A stretch of DNA of 64,000 nt from Octopus sinensis. Its lineage: Eukaryota. Below, in pieces: positions 24,001 through 36,479 of the stretch. A program made the translations under genes and the position numbers. The stretch lies in the NCBI RefSeq assembly GCF_006345805.1, contig NC_043010.1, positions 744,001 to 808,000 of the forward strand. The letters are read 5' to 3'. Each line of letters opens with the position of its first letter. Within the stretch, counting starts at the first letter, position 1. The notes beneath the pieces are model-generated. The model did not search any database. It saw only the letters and a program-made list of their open reading frames with translations, and had not been told where the DNA came from.

Positions 24001-25298
24001 AAATGAAGGAATAATGTTTCGGCGAGCAATAGGTCTGTAATTATCTGCTAAATCAGTGTTTTTCATTTTGGGCTGCGAAATCTGTCTGTACTTTAGCAAA
24101 CCATTTTGGTTTGTGAATCTTGCCTTCCATAATTCATTGAAGTACACATATTTGTCATCTATAGACCATACTCAATGTATATACTTCGCTGACAGGCCAG
24201 TTACTACGGTTCTTGCCCAAGGACGTGACTGGTTGTGAGTACACGCCATCAAAAAGGCCGAGAAGAGGAAAAACCCCGAAATACATCTCACGTTATTGCT
24301 GGCCTCTTCTAAAATGATATTTTTCGTCTCCTTCCGATGTGTATTGCCTCTTTAACATAGCGAATTCATGAGAAATGTTATTTCAGGACAAATACTGCAG
24401 TAACTGGCCTTTCGACAGTGTATATACGTTAAATAGTATACATAGATGGCTATCTCTGGTTTGATACTACCTTAGTTGCTTATACCGGAAATATTAATAT
24501 TCTGGAGACGGTCCAAGTATTAAGTCTCTTCCTTGTCCTACTAAGCACCTTTCTCAAAGCTTTAATGAAAGATTCAAAGTCGATTGTATGAATTATAAAG
24601 TCGATATTGTGACGGTATTTTTGTTTAGTTTTTATATAGCCATGATTCATCCCGATTAAAATCTTTCCTTATATTTCAAATCTTAAACCATTAACTAAGC
24701 TATTGCTTTTCTTCGTCCTTATCACTTATAACTTGGGGATTTAAAGCTCTGTCGAATGAGTCTTATATAAAGATATATGAGAGTTATGTGATGGTGATGA
24801 CGGCTGCGTCGGTTTGTCTACATTTTATCAGTTTCTTTTATCGCTGTACTTTTTTTGTGGTTGGTTTTAAGCATCTTCAGAAAGTCACCCAGCATCACAG
24901 GAACTGGAATAACGATTGCTATCGGATTGTGACAGCTGCTTTTCAGGCGTTTGGTGATACTTCTTGCAGAAACAGTTTTCCTGTGAAGTGGCTTCAGTTT
25001 GGGTGAATTTCGTCTTAATTTTAATCACATCCTGGGGCCGACAAAAAGCTGTTCACGGGGTATTTTAGGGCATTTGGGGTGGATCTCGTCTTACGTTTGC
25101 AGACCAAATGAAGTGTGAATACTTCCATCGTCTTAACTCACAGAAATGATAGCAATATTGGAAACGGTATCGGTTGGGGATGTTGTTATCAATGGCAGCC
25201 ATGATCCTGCAGAGGAAATCTCATTCGGTGAAAAATACATCTGTTTTCAATCCTCTACGCCCACACCTCTGTTGGCGTCAAGACATACGCGTGCGCGC

Positions 25299-25337
<39 letters not shown>

Positions 25338-25950
25338 CTTTCATCTTTTATCTTTTACTGTTTCAGTCATTTGAGTGCGGCCATGCTAGGGTCTTGAAGG
25401 GCTTTTAGTCGACTGATTCTTTTTAAAAGCCAGGTACTTATTCTATCGATTACTTGTGCTGCACCGCTAAGTTACATTGACGTAAACACAGCAACACCGG
25501 TTGTCAAGCGGAAGTAGAGGACAAACACAGACACAAAGACACAAAGACACATACACACATAGGTATACACACACATACATATATGCCATATCGGCCGAAG
25601 TAATGAACGCATGAACATGATCTTCCCGATGTCCATGAATACTACGGACTCTACTGTAATCATTCCAGGAATATGGACTTTGATCTGAAGAAACACGAGA
25701 CCTGTGCAAACGCGGGTTGCGATGCAACAAAATATTTATAAATTCCATTCCAGGATTATTAGTGTTACTATTATATGTATCCTACATTATATCGGCACAG
25801 CTCGTGGCCACCCCCAAAGACTGGTATTGCCAATTGGCATCATTAGGCTGTAACCGGCATAATAGAATAGGAACTCTTAAATGCATATTCAAAATGTTTC
25901 CCGTAAACGAACTTAAAGGGTGTATATATATGTATATATATATATATATA

Positions 25951-26008
<58 letters not shown>

Positions 26009-26016
26009 CATATATA

Positions 26017-26051
<35 letters not shown>

Positions 26052-26053
26052 TG

Positions 26054-26085
<32 letters not shown>

Positions 26086-26096
26086 TGTGTGTGTGT

Positions 26097-26481
26097 ATTC
26101 TTTTATTCTTCTACTTGTTTCAGTCATTTGACTGTGGCCATGCTGGAGCACCGCTTTTAGTTTAACAAATCGACTCCAGGACTTATTCTTTGTAAGCCTA
26201 GTACTTATTCTATAGGTTTCTTTTGCCTAATCGCTAGTTTACGGGGATGTAAACACACCAAAATCGATGTCAAGTGATGGTGGGGGACAAACACAGATAC
26301 ACAAATACATACATACGCATATATATATATATATATATATATTCGACGAGCTTCTTTCAGTTTCCGTCTACCAAAACCACTCACAAGACTTTGGTCAGCC
26401 CGGGGCTATAGTAGCCCAAGGTGCCACGCAATCAGACTGGACCCTGAGCCATGTGGTTGGGAAGCAAGCTTCTTACCACAC
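26097..26481 (-). mobile_element. SINE family A
   Basis: Tail-to-head reverse-complement match to the family consensus seen in the window. Confidence 0.88.
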
Positions 26482-26484
26482 ATC

Positions 26485-26740
26485 CATATATACGACACAA
26501 GCCCCAGACCGTAACAACTTCGAAGCTACAGGAACTTCGAAGCCACAGGAAAAGAAAAAGAAGAAATGAAGCAACGAGAGAGAAAGGCTTGACAGAATCA
26601 ACCCCGCCCTCCGCCAACATTACCCTGCAGTCAATGCCATCGACTCTTCGATGCAAGAATTGGTCTATACAACGGAATCACTATAAAGGAAGCGTTAAGC
26701 AAAGAATAAACTAAGGCCGATGACGATGACAATGACAGTA
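26485..26740 (+). mobile_element. 5'-truncated RTE LINE 3' end
   Basis: Translation includes FEATGKEKEEMKQRERK...LPCSQCHRLFDARIGLY, the RTE C-terminal Zn-finger region, followed by a (GATGAC)n-like tail. Confidence 0.7.
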
Positions 26741-26752
26741 ATATATATATAT

Positions 26753-27260
26753 ACAAATTAGTAAATAAATGGCACAACTAAGTACCGATATTTACTGGAA
26801 ATAGCGAACGTAAAAATACGACGCTAATGTGTAACTTCACCGCGTATGTATTAGCAAAAATGCGTGTGTGCAACAAATTAGAGAAAAAAAACCGTCTTAC
26901 CTCCAGGGAGAACATCTGAAAGATGAAACACCCGGAAAAGGATAATGTGGTACCTGCAGGTTTCAGGTTTTACAAGATATGTCTCTCACCCATATTTTGT
27001 TTTACCTTCATCAGCCAAACATATACCAAGACAAGATCTACGATGTTACCACATTAATACTAACACACTCGACTGAAATACGGAACGCTAACAGTACGAG
27101 AAACGGTGAAGAAGTTTCAAAATATCAGTAATGCAATACAAAGTATTGCCTTCCAGTAAAAAGTAGCCCGTGAGGGAAAAATACACAAATTAGTAAATAA
27201 ATGGCACAACTAAGTACCGATATTTACTGGAAATAACGAACGTAAAAATACGACGCTAAT
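26753..27260. repeat. 76-bp direct repeat pair, period 432 bp
   Basis: 26753-26828 and 27185-27260 are identical except for one substitution. Confidence 0.9.
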
Positions 27261-27319
27261 ACATACACACATACGCACATACATACATACATACATACAT
27301 ACATACATACATACATACA

Positions 27320-27366
<47 letters not shown>

Positions 27367-27612
27367 GTACAGACATACATATACAGGCACGGTCCCAGGA
27401 ACTTTTCGAAAGAAGGGCACAAGGTCAGAAAGGAATACAATTTCAGGAGAAAAGTGCGTAATAACATTATTTAGAAGGCCCACTTCTTTTCTTGGGGGGT
27501 GCACATGCCCCTCAGTCACATCCTTCTTGGCTCCGCCCCTGATATACACATATATATATATATATATATGTATACACACACACACATGTACATACATACA
27601 TACATACATACA

Positions 27613-27643
<31 letters not shown>

Positions 27644-27837
27644 CTTTCTTCCGGCCATTTCATCAATCATTAATCGTTACACATTTTTCTCTCTGTTCTT
27701 TTTCCCCTTAACTCTTTCTGCCGAAGAGCGCAGACAAGAAACAGCCAAGACTTTTCCATTCTTCCCGAGCGTTAAACTAATACACCTGCTTGTTTTTCCT
27801 TCACCTATCTTCATCTTTTGTTTTATGGAAATTTGTA

Positions 27838-27886
<49 letters not shown>

Positions 27887-29004
27887 TGTGTGTGTATGAA
27901 TGTATGTATGTATATTCTCCATAATTATAAATATTCTATTTAATCATAAAGGTATTCAACATACAGACATCACTCGCGTTACGAAAGCAATGCACTTCTA
28001 AAAAGCTTGATGTAACATGGAATTCCTTAACGTTAAACCCTGTCCCCTTTTCCATTAACTTTCTTTTACCTGAAGGTCAACGAGCATGAAATCAATGGGA
28101 ATACACTTCTCGCGTTACGGAACTCGCTATTACAGCAAGATTTTCAAAAACGCAACGTTCGCTAATACAGCCATGCACGCACACACACGCACGCACGCAC
28201 ACGCACACATACGCGCGCGTGCACCCACACACACACACAAACTGAAGCAAACACATTTACACAGACATATATAAACTCATACACACATAGAATCAAACAC
28301 ACACACATAAACAAACTGAAACACACACAAACATGTACATACAAGCATACACCCACACACAAACTTGAAAATAGATTGTCCCGAGGCTCTGAAGAACTTA
28401 ACAGCAAGTAAGAATCAAGTTATGCTGTCAATAGGTCGTTGGTATACATTAAATACCAATTTCCGATAGTTGAAAATAGCTGAAGATTGTAGAATAAAAT
28501 AGTCTTTCAAGGAACTATTGAAACAGCTGCAAGAATTTCGAATTCACGACTCAAAATTCGATATTCCATTCGTGTCTACGCACAAATACGTCACGTTATT
28601 TTAAAACAGCTCCGCTTTAGGTCAAGCGTATAAACGTCTGTGGGTTGTCGCCCTTAGTGGAAACATAATCTATGATAGTAAAGCTAATTTTGAGGGATGG
28701 TGCTCAACTTTGCTTGGTAGGCTTTATCACGAGTGTTAGACCCAGCACTGGACGGTTGACATCCTTATTTCGGTGGGATGGTCGATTGGAATGGGTGTAG
28801 TTGTTTGGATGCTAATGATTTCGCCCGGCTGACTGGACTTTCAACTTGCTTTGATGATTGCATGTTTTGGCATTGGAAGAAAACACACACATGCTCGCAC
28901 GTTCGTAGAAATGTACACATGCATATAGAAAGAGTGAGGGACAGAGAGAGAGAGAGAGAGAGAGAGTGGGAGAGAGAGAGTGGGAGAGAGAAAGTAATTT
29001 ATTG

Positions 29005-29090
29005 GACACGATTGACATAGACACTTTCCTTCTCCTCATACACATGAAGAGAAATATTCTCACACACACACACAAGCATATTATATATAT

Positions 29091-29189
<99 letters not shown>

Positions 29190-29323
29190 TGAAGGGAGAG
29201 AGAGAAAGAAAGAACGTGAGGCAGAGAACATAGGGAAGAGAATGAGAGAAACATGACGAGTAAAACATTGAAACGTCTGATGTCAAATAAGGCATCGTCG
29301 AATCAGCGACGCCAAATAGTCGG
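29005..29323 (+). promoter_or_regulatory. Promoter-like module copy A (GA tract plus conserved 59-bp core)
   Basis: Core 29265-29323 is 49/59 identical to 40504-40562. Upstream GACATA..CTTT and GAAGAGAAATAT.CTCACACA are also shared. Function is inferred. Confidence 0.4.
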
Positions 29324-29854
29324 TGCCCCAATGGCTATGCCAAAAGGTCCCCTACCCTTGTTCCGGGTGGTAGATCTAGGCATAGCATATTATGTCTAAA
29401 CATGATAGCTTCAAGGCTGATGGAGGCCTTATACGCCACTGGTCCAACAACGGTTTTCCTGGCCTTAGAATATCTTTAGCGGTTTTCATTCTGTCATCAT
29501 TATTCGGATCATGCATGGTTGTGCGGCTATGGCTCTCGCTTTGCAGCCTTGTGGTTGCGGCTCCAATTCTGCTGCGCTGCACCGTGAGTAAGTGTCTTCT
29601 ATTATAGCCCCGGCATGACCAACACCTTGTGAATTAATTTGAGGAAGAGAAACTGTGTGGAAGCTCGTTGTATACATATATACATAGATACACACTCACA
29701 CACACGCACGCATACACACATATATATATATATATACATATACATAGATACATATGTATACATATGCACATGCACACTCACACACACATACACATATGTA
29801 TATATATATCAGACGCCATGATATATATATATATATATCAGACGCCATGATTGA

Positions 29855-30050
29855 TCGTTAGCCACTACACACATTCTTTTCTCTCCTTGTTTTCTGTGTC
29901 CCTTTCTGTAGAAGAGCGTAGGCTCGAAACGTAAAAGACTTTTTCTATTCCTGAGCGTTAAACTAATACATCTGTTTGTTTTGTACACCACCTGTCTTCA
30001 TCTTTTGTTGTTTTTTTTCATAAACTCTCACTATATATATATATATATAT
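29855..30050 (+). mobile_element. Penelope-like terminal fragment with hammerhead variant
   Basis: CUUU-CUGUAGA-A-GAGC(GUAG)GCUC-GAAAC-GUA^AAAG at 29902-29937 (A6U core variant). Confidence 0.55.
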
Positions 30051-31956
30051 ATAGTGCCGAAGATTTCGAAACAGGATGACATGATGTCATGCATGGCTAC
30101 TATAGCAATAAAGAAGAAGAATTAAGGAATTATATGCAATATGAGATCGATAAAAGCCTTCAAGAAAGTGCTCCAGCATGGCTACTGTCAAATGACTGAA
30201 TCAAGTAAAAGAATAAAAGAACACTTACATGTATACGTATATATAAATATGACTCTATCTATCTATCTATCTATCTTTATGTATCTATCTATCTATCTAT
30301 GTATCTATCTATCTATATTTATGTATCCATATGTATCTATATGTGTGTGTGCGCGCGGGGGTTTGTGTGTCTGTCTACCACTCCATTTAGTAAATGGTAG
30401 CAGGCTTGTTTACACCTCCGTCACCTAACGGTTCAGCAATAAAGACTGATAGAATAAGTAGCAAACGTAAAAACAAACAAAAAAAAACCGTAAGTCTTAG
30501 GGTCGATTTGTTTGACTAAACCCTTCAAAGTGATTGCCCCAGCATGGTCGTTGTCCAATGGCTGAAACGAGCAAGAGATGAAAGACGACAACTGACCTGC
30601 AGATCTTCAATGTGGTCATCATCTCCATCGTCTTCAGCCGAGGTCAAGGGTACCGCTCCTTAACCAACGCTGATTAACTTATAAGGAAATAAAACCATAC
30701 GCTTCTGGTGACGACGGACTACGAATCTGTTGGCGATCGATGTAAAAGTTCAAGAGAGAAAAATGGAAGGAAAGCGAGACCCAAAAGTTGGCCATTAAGC
30801 TTATCTAGCTCTTAATTCTGTCAAAACCATTTTGCAAATCACAAATATCCTCTCTTCGGTTTGTTTGCTATATTTTCCTTTCATTCTTTCTTTCTTTCCT
30901 TTATTTATTTATTTTTTTTTAGTAATTTTCTTCTTCCCTTCTGTTTTCCTTTCCAAAAGCAATATCTACGCCATCGGCTGCTGCTGATTGTGGTAACTAA
31001 ACACAAACACTAAACAAGAAGTAAAAACCATCGTATAAATACTTTCTGATGAAAACTTAACGACTCTTTCTGTATTTCACTGGGATCTTTTGTCTGTAAT
31101 ATTAGGAAATGTCTATTGTTACACTTCCGTATTATTACAGCTCTTCATGTCCAATATCGTTAACAAGACGGTTCTTTATTACTTCTCTCCCCTTCTCTCT
31201 TCTTTCTACTTCTACTCATTCTCTGTCTCTCTCTCTCTCTGTCTCTCTCTCTCTCTCTGTCTCTCTCTTTCAAACACCAAGACCAACCTCCATTGGCGTT
31301 CTTCCAACGTCGCTATTTACTTTTACTATTTCCCTTGAACTATACCTCGTAAAAATAAATAAATAGCCGAATAAAAATACGAATGCTCTTCAAAAATTTT
31401 CTCAGAAAGAGAAAAAAATAAAAATAAAATTTTTTTCATTGTTTATATTTATTTACTTATTTTTGCATTTTGTTTGTTATTTCCTTAGAAAAACATCAAA
31501 ATGGCATCATTCTGTTTGTATTGGTGGAAAAACATTTTTTCTCTTAGTTTTTCTTGAAGTATTCATGGTTTTCTATAAGATTTCCTATGAAATAGTTTCT
31601 TCCTTGAATCACCATCAGCATCGTCATCATCGTCTCCAACATCATCGTCATCATCATCATCATCATCGTCATCGTCATCATCATCATCATCATCATCATC
31701 ATTATCGTCGACGTCGTCACCGTCTTCTTCGTTATTGTCATCATTATTATCCTCACACCACCACCACCACCACCACCACCACCACTATTACCACCAACAC
31801 CACCACCATTACCACCACCACCACCACCACCATCATCATCATCAGCAGCAGCAGAAGCAGTAGTAGCAACAACAACGTGGACATTGTCATCGTTGCAATT
31901 GATGCTGCCACTTTTACGTGCATATATACATATATATGTGTGTGTGTGTCTATATA

Positions 31957-31987
<31 letters not shown>

Positions 31988-32629
31988 TTACATACATCTG
32001 TATTTATGCATACGTGTATGTGTATGTATAACTCTACTTATGTGATAAATTCGCATACAGATCACGAAAAGATGTACACATATATGTGTCCGTTTGTAGG
32101 TGTATATGCATATGTACGTGCGTGTATACTTGTATGTATGTGCGTGTTTAATAGTTTAAAAATATATCTCTACCGTTTTCTTACAAGTGTTTCATGAATA
32201 AGACGGATAACTATAAGTAAATGAATAATGACTCAGAGATTATCTGGACAAATATACAAACGATTCAATAGATAAGATTAACAGAAACCATGTAGTGCAA
32301 TATAGTAAATACAGATGTATTAAAAACGGATGGAATCTATATTTTAGCAGCGTTGTTAAAGATGAGTAAAAGAAGCGTCACCGTTGCCTCATTTTTGTTG
32401 TTATTATGCAAATTTCTTTTATACATATACACATGCATACAGACAAATACCCATTTCTTCCGGTTTTTTAAATTCTATGTGATGAAAGACTTTATCTGAA
32501 ACGTCAAGTTTATTTCCCGTCTGTTTAAGCATAAAACTAGTACAATATTTGTCCATTTATTACAACATTTCCCCTCCCATGTTGCTTTCTTTGTGTGCCT
32601 ATTGTCTAATATGCATGTGTGTGCGTGCA

Positions 32630-32668
<39 letters not shown>

Positions 32669-33345
32669 CTACGTTTTACGCTTGATAGAGTTAAGGCAAG
32701 ATAATTGCCGTGCTGATGACGTATATTGAAACAGAAACAAGTGTTCCCAGCTATCAGCTTGTATTAAGAGAATCAAACAGTTTTCCTTTCTGGCATACCA
32801 ATCCCGGAGGTTATCTCCCCTTCTCATTTTAGAATTGTTCGCAGTTGCCGACAGGCGCTTGGTTACCATCTCTTGAAGCCAAGATGGTCTCATTGAAAAC
32901 AGAATTTATCTGGAATGTTAATTAAGGTATCATTATTCGTCTCTATATTTATGCAATATTCAAGACTTATTACCGGTGCACAAGCGCTTTTGAAAAGTCT
33001 TATGTTTTTATAGACAATTCTTGATTTTAAACTCCATTAGCGAAATCCATCGGTTTCGCTAGAGAGCCTTGAACGCATTAATTTTTTCTTCTTTTTTTGT
33101 TGTTATTATGATGGTAGAGATGACACAATATAGACAGATAAATGAATAGATAAATAGAGAGAGAGAGAGAGAGAGGGCGAAGGTGAGATAGAAGAGGAAG
33201 TGCTAATTTGAGGTGGTAACAGTAAAAGATGGGAGAAAAAGCAAATTGCACAGACTGAATCGATACAGACGTATAATCAATCATGCGCGCGTGACCACAC
33301 ACAAGCAGGCATATATATGCATATATATATATATATATAATATAT

Positions 33346-33376
<31 letters not shown>

Positions 33377-33462
33377 TCTTTTATTCTTTTATTTGTTTCA
33401 GTCATTTGACTGCGGCCATGCTGGAGCACCGCCTTAAAAAACACATTGTATAATATATATAT

Positions 33463-33494
<32 letters not shown>

Positions 33495-33856
33495 TCATAT
33501 ATATCAAATAGGGAGGGATTATCACTCCGAGCAAAATACTTTATAAGCTTTCTGTTGACACACCAGGCTGACAATATTAGTTAGATTAGTGAAGAATCTT
33601 TTGATGGGGTTCTAAATTATGGTTCATCACAATTCTATATTGTAAATCCATGGATGAGCTCCATATAAACAGAGTGATATATATAAGAAACAAGTTAATA
33701 TTACGGTCATTATTTTTATTGGACCAAATTTGGCTTACAGCTGTTTCCTGTAATAATTGTAGGTGCGTTACTGATAAGTTTATTCAATCGGTCTATTGAT
33801 CAACTGGGGTAAGTTCAACGACCTAAGAAAATTAATGCTAGTTTCGTATATATATA

Positions 33857-33887
<31 letters not shown>

Positions 33888-35162
33888 TCGTGTGTGTGTG
33901 TGTGCATGTATGTATCTCTCTCTCTATATATATATATATATACATGTGTGTATATGCGTGTAACACATAAATATATATATTTATACGTACACATGTATAT
34001 ACGCACATACGTACATATACACGTATACACACATAAACGCATACATATCTACATACATATATGTATCCAGATACACTCTGAGGATTGTATTAGTTTGTTG
34101 TGGCGATCATATTGCTGATGTGTGTTAACGGAACATCTGGTGGTGGTTTTTGTAACTGGCGGCAGATAATATATTTATCTTACTGAACAGAATTTTAAAA
34201 AAATAATAACCTATGATTTAACACATACGCCTTACTAAAAGTAATTTCGCAACCACTAGCATTATCATGACAACCAACAACAATGATAAAACAGCAGCCG
34301 ACACAAACGAGCAATAAACGTCGTCACCACCACCACCACCACCACCACCATTTACTATTATCATCTCTTTTGTTTTCCCTTCTTTTTGTCTATGGCTTCA
34401 TTTTTCTTTTCGCTTCACTTTAAGTTATTCCCCTTAGCGTGACACAAAAGATAAGTAGATAGAAATACACGTCGGTGCGTTAAGACACAAGTTGTTAAGA
34501 GTCGACTGAGAAGTGAAGTGTAAGGTTTTATGAATGAAAAGATGTCTGTTATTTGAAGAAAGCCGTTTGTCGGTTGAGTGCTGGAATTTAAAATGAATGT
34601 TGTGTAATTTAAAAGAAGAAAAATCAAAGATCTACTGAGATCATATTGCATACATTTAAGAAAGTATCTCTTGTAATATTGCTTCCAAAATTTTTAGGAA
34701 AAGGCCAGCAATTTTGAAGGAGGGATAACTCAATTACATCTATCCGAATACTCAATTGGTACTTAATTTATCGACTTCGAAATGATGGAAGGCAATGTCA
34801 ACCTCGGTAGAAATTGAACTCAGAACGTAAAGAGGGGCGGAAAGCAAAGCCTGTCAATGGGCAGAGGAACTCAGTAGAGTCAAAGATTGTTAAACAGTTG
34901 AGAGCGAGAAACACTTAATCTTTGTTTAGAAATCTTTCTAGAAGGAGGAAGTTTCGAAATAAGACCCGCCTCATTGCGAAACCGGAGATCATGCACTTGC
35001 TTTTTCCTGGACTGCTTGGTTTTGTAGGTGAATGTCTTAGCAGTGCTGTGCAAGCTTCTGTTGATTCTATTGATTGCTGAGAGCCATTGTCTTTAACACC
35101 TCGGACAGAAAATTTGTCAGTGATGGTTATTCATGTTGAGCCACCATGAATGTATGTATGTT

Positions 35163-35709
35163 TGTCAGGTCACTTTCGAGTGCTACTGGTAACGTGTAAC
35201 CCAGTAGAACCTGTTGCATGGTCGGGTCGTCGGTGACTAAGCCGGCAACCCCACCAAGCTTGCTTGGTGAGGAGGGTGTTTATTGGACACCCTGCGGGAT
35301 GAAAAATAAAACCCGTCAAAGGGCAGAGGAACTCTTGAGAGTCAACGGCCATCCAATAAATGTCTTAAGGCTGTATCATGCGCGGGAACATAGAAATAAT
35401 CGGACTGAATACTCGATCGCGCGGTTAAACCATTGGGAGTGAAGGACTCCTAGCCTTTGTTAGGGCATCCTTCTAGGAGAAGGTAACTCAGGTAACTGGA
35501 ATAACTTCGACATAAAACCTGCGGCTCGGTGGTTACCGATGATGTTGACTTGTTCTTCTTTTCGGATTATGACTGCTGTTGCTTAGTGAGTGGGATCGAC
35601 TCAGTGCACAGCCTTTCCTCACTTAAAAAAAAATCTTCTTGCACAGGCATTGCACGATAACAACATTGATTAAGCTTCGTGCAATGGCCATACTCGATAA
35701 CGAGGGGGC
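35163..35709 (+). mobile_element. Non-coding RTE-derived element (structured 5'UTR)
   Basis: Contains GGGCATCCTTCTAGGAGAAGGTAACTC, resembling RTE 5'UTRs, and several hairpins. It is flanked by the direct repeat AGCCACCATG (35139-35148 and 35710-35719). Confidence 0.55.
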
Positions 35710-35715
35710 AGCCAC

Positions 35716-36279
35716 CATGTATGTATGTATGTATGTATGTATGTATGTATGTATGTGTGTATGTATGTATGTATGTATGTATGTATGTATGTATGCATGT
35801 ATGTATGTATGTATGTATGTATGCATGTATGTATGTATGTATGTATGCATGCATGTATGTATGTATGTATGTATGTATGTATGTATGTATATATGTATGT
35901 ATGTATGAATGTATGTATGTATGTATGTATGTATGTATGTATGTATGTATGTATGAATGTATGTATGTATGTATGTATGTATATATGTATGTATGTATGA
36001 ATGTATGTATGTATGCATGTATGTATGTATGTATGTATGCATGTATGTATGTATGTATGTATGTATGTATGTATGTATATATGTATGTATGTATGAATGT
36101 ATGTATGTATGTATGTATGTATGTATGAATGTATGTATGTATGTATGTATGTATGAATGTATGTATGTATGTATGTATGTGTGTATGTATGTATGTATGT
36201 ATGTATGTATATATGTATGTATGTATGAATGTATGTATGTATGTATGTATGTATGTATGTATGTATGTATGAATGTATG

Positions 36280-36310
<31 letters not shown>

Positions 36311-36465
36311 TGTATGTATGTATGTATGTATGTATGTATGAATGTATGTATGTATGTATTATGTATGTATGTATGTATGTATGTATGAATGTATGTATGT
36401 ATGTATGTATGTATGTATGTATGTATGTATGTATGTATGAATGTATGAATGTATGTATGCATGCA
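35716..36465. repeat. About 750-bp (ATGT)n array
   Basis: Directly visible. Confidence 0.98.
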
Positions 36466-36479
36466 TGGATGTTATTCTT

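Noticed and set aside
35186-35246. Complete HDV-like or twister ribozyme call
   Set aside because: Only 12 nt separate the candidate P1 strands, too few for P2/P3/L3, and twister P4/T1 pairing is incomplete. Kept only as a candidate finding.
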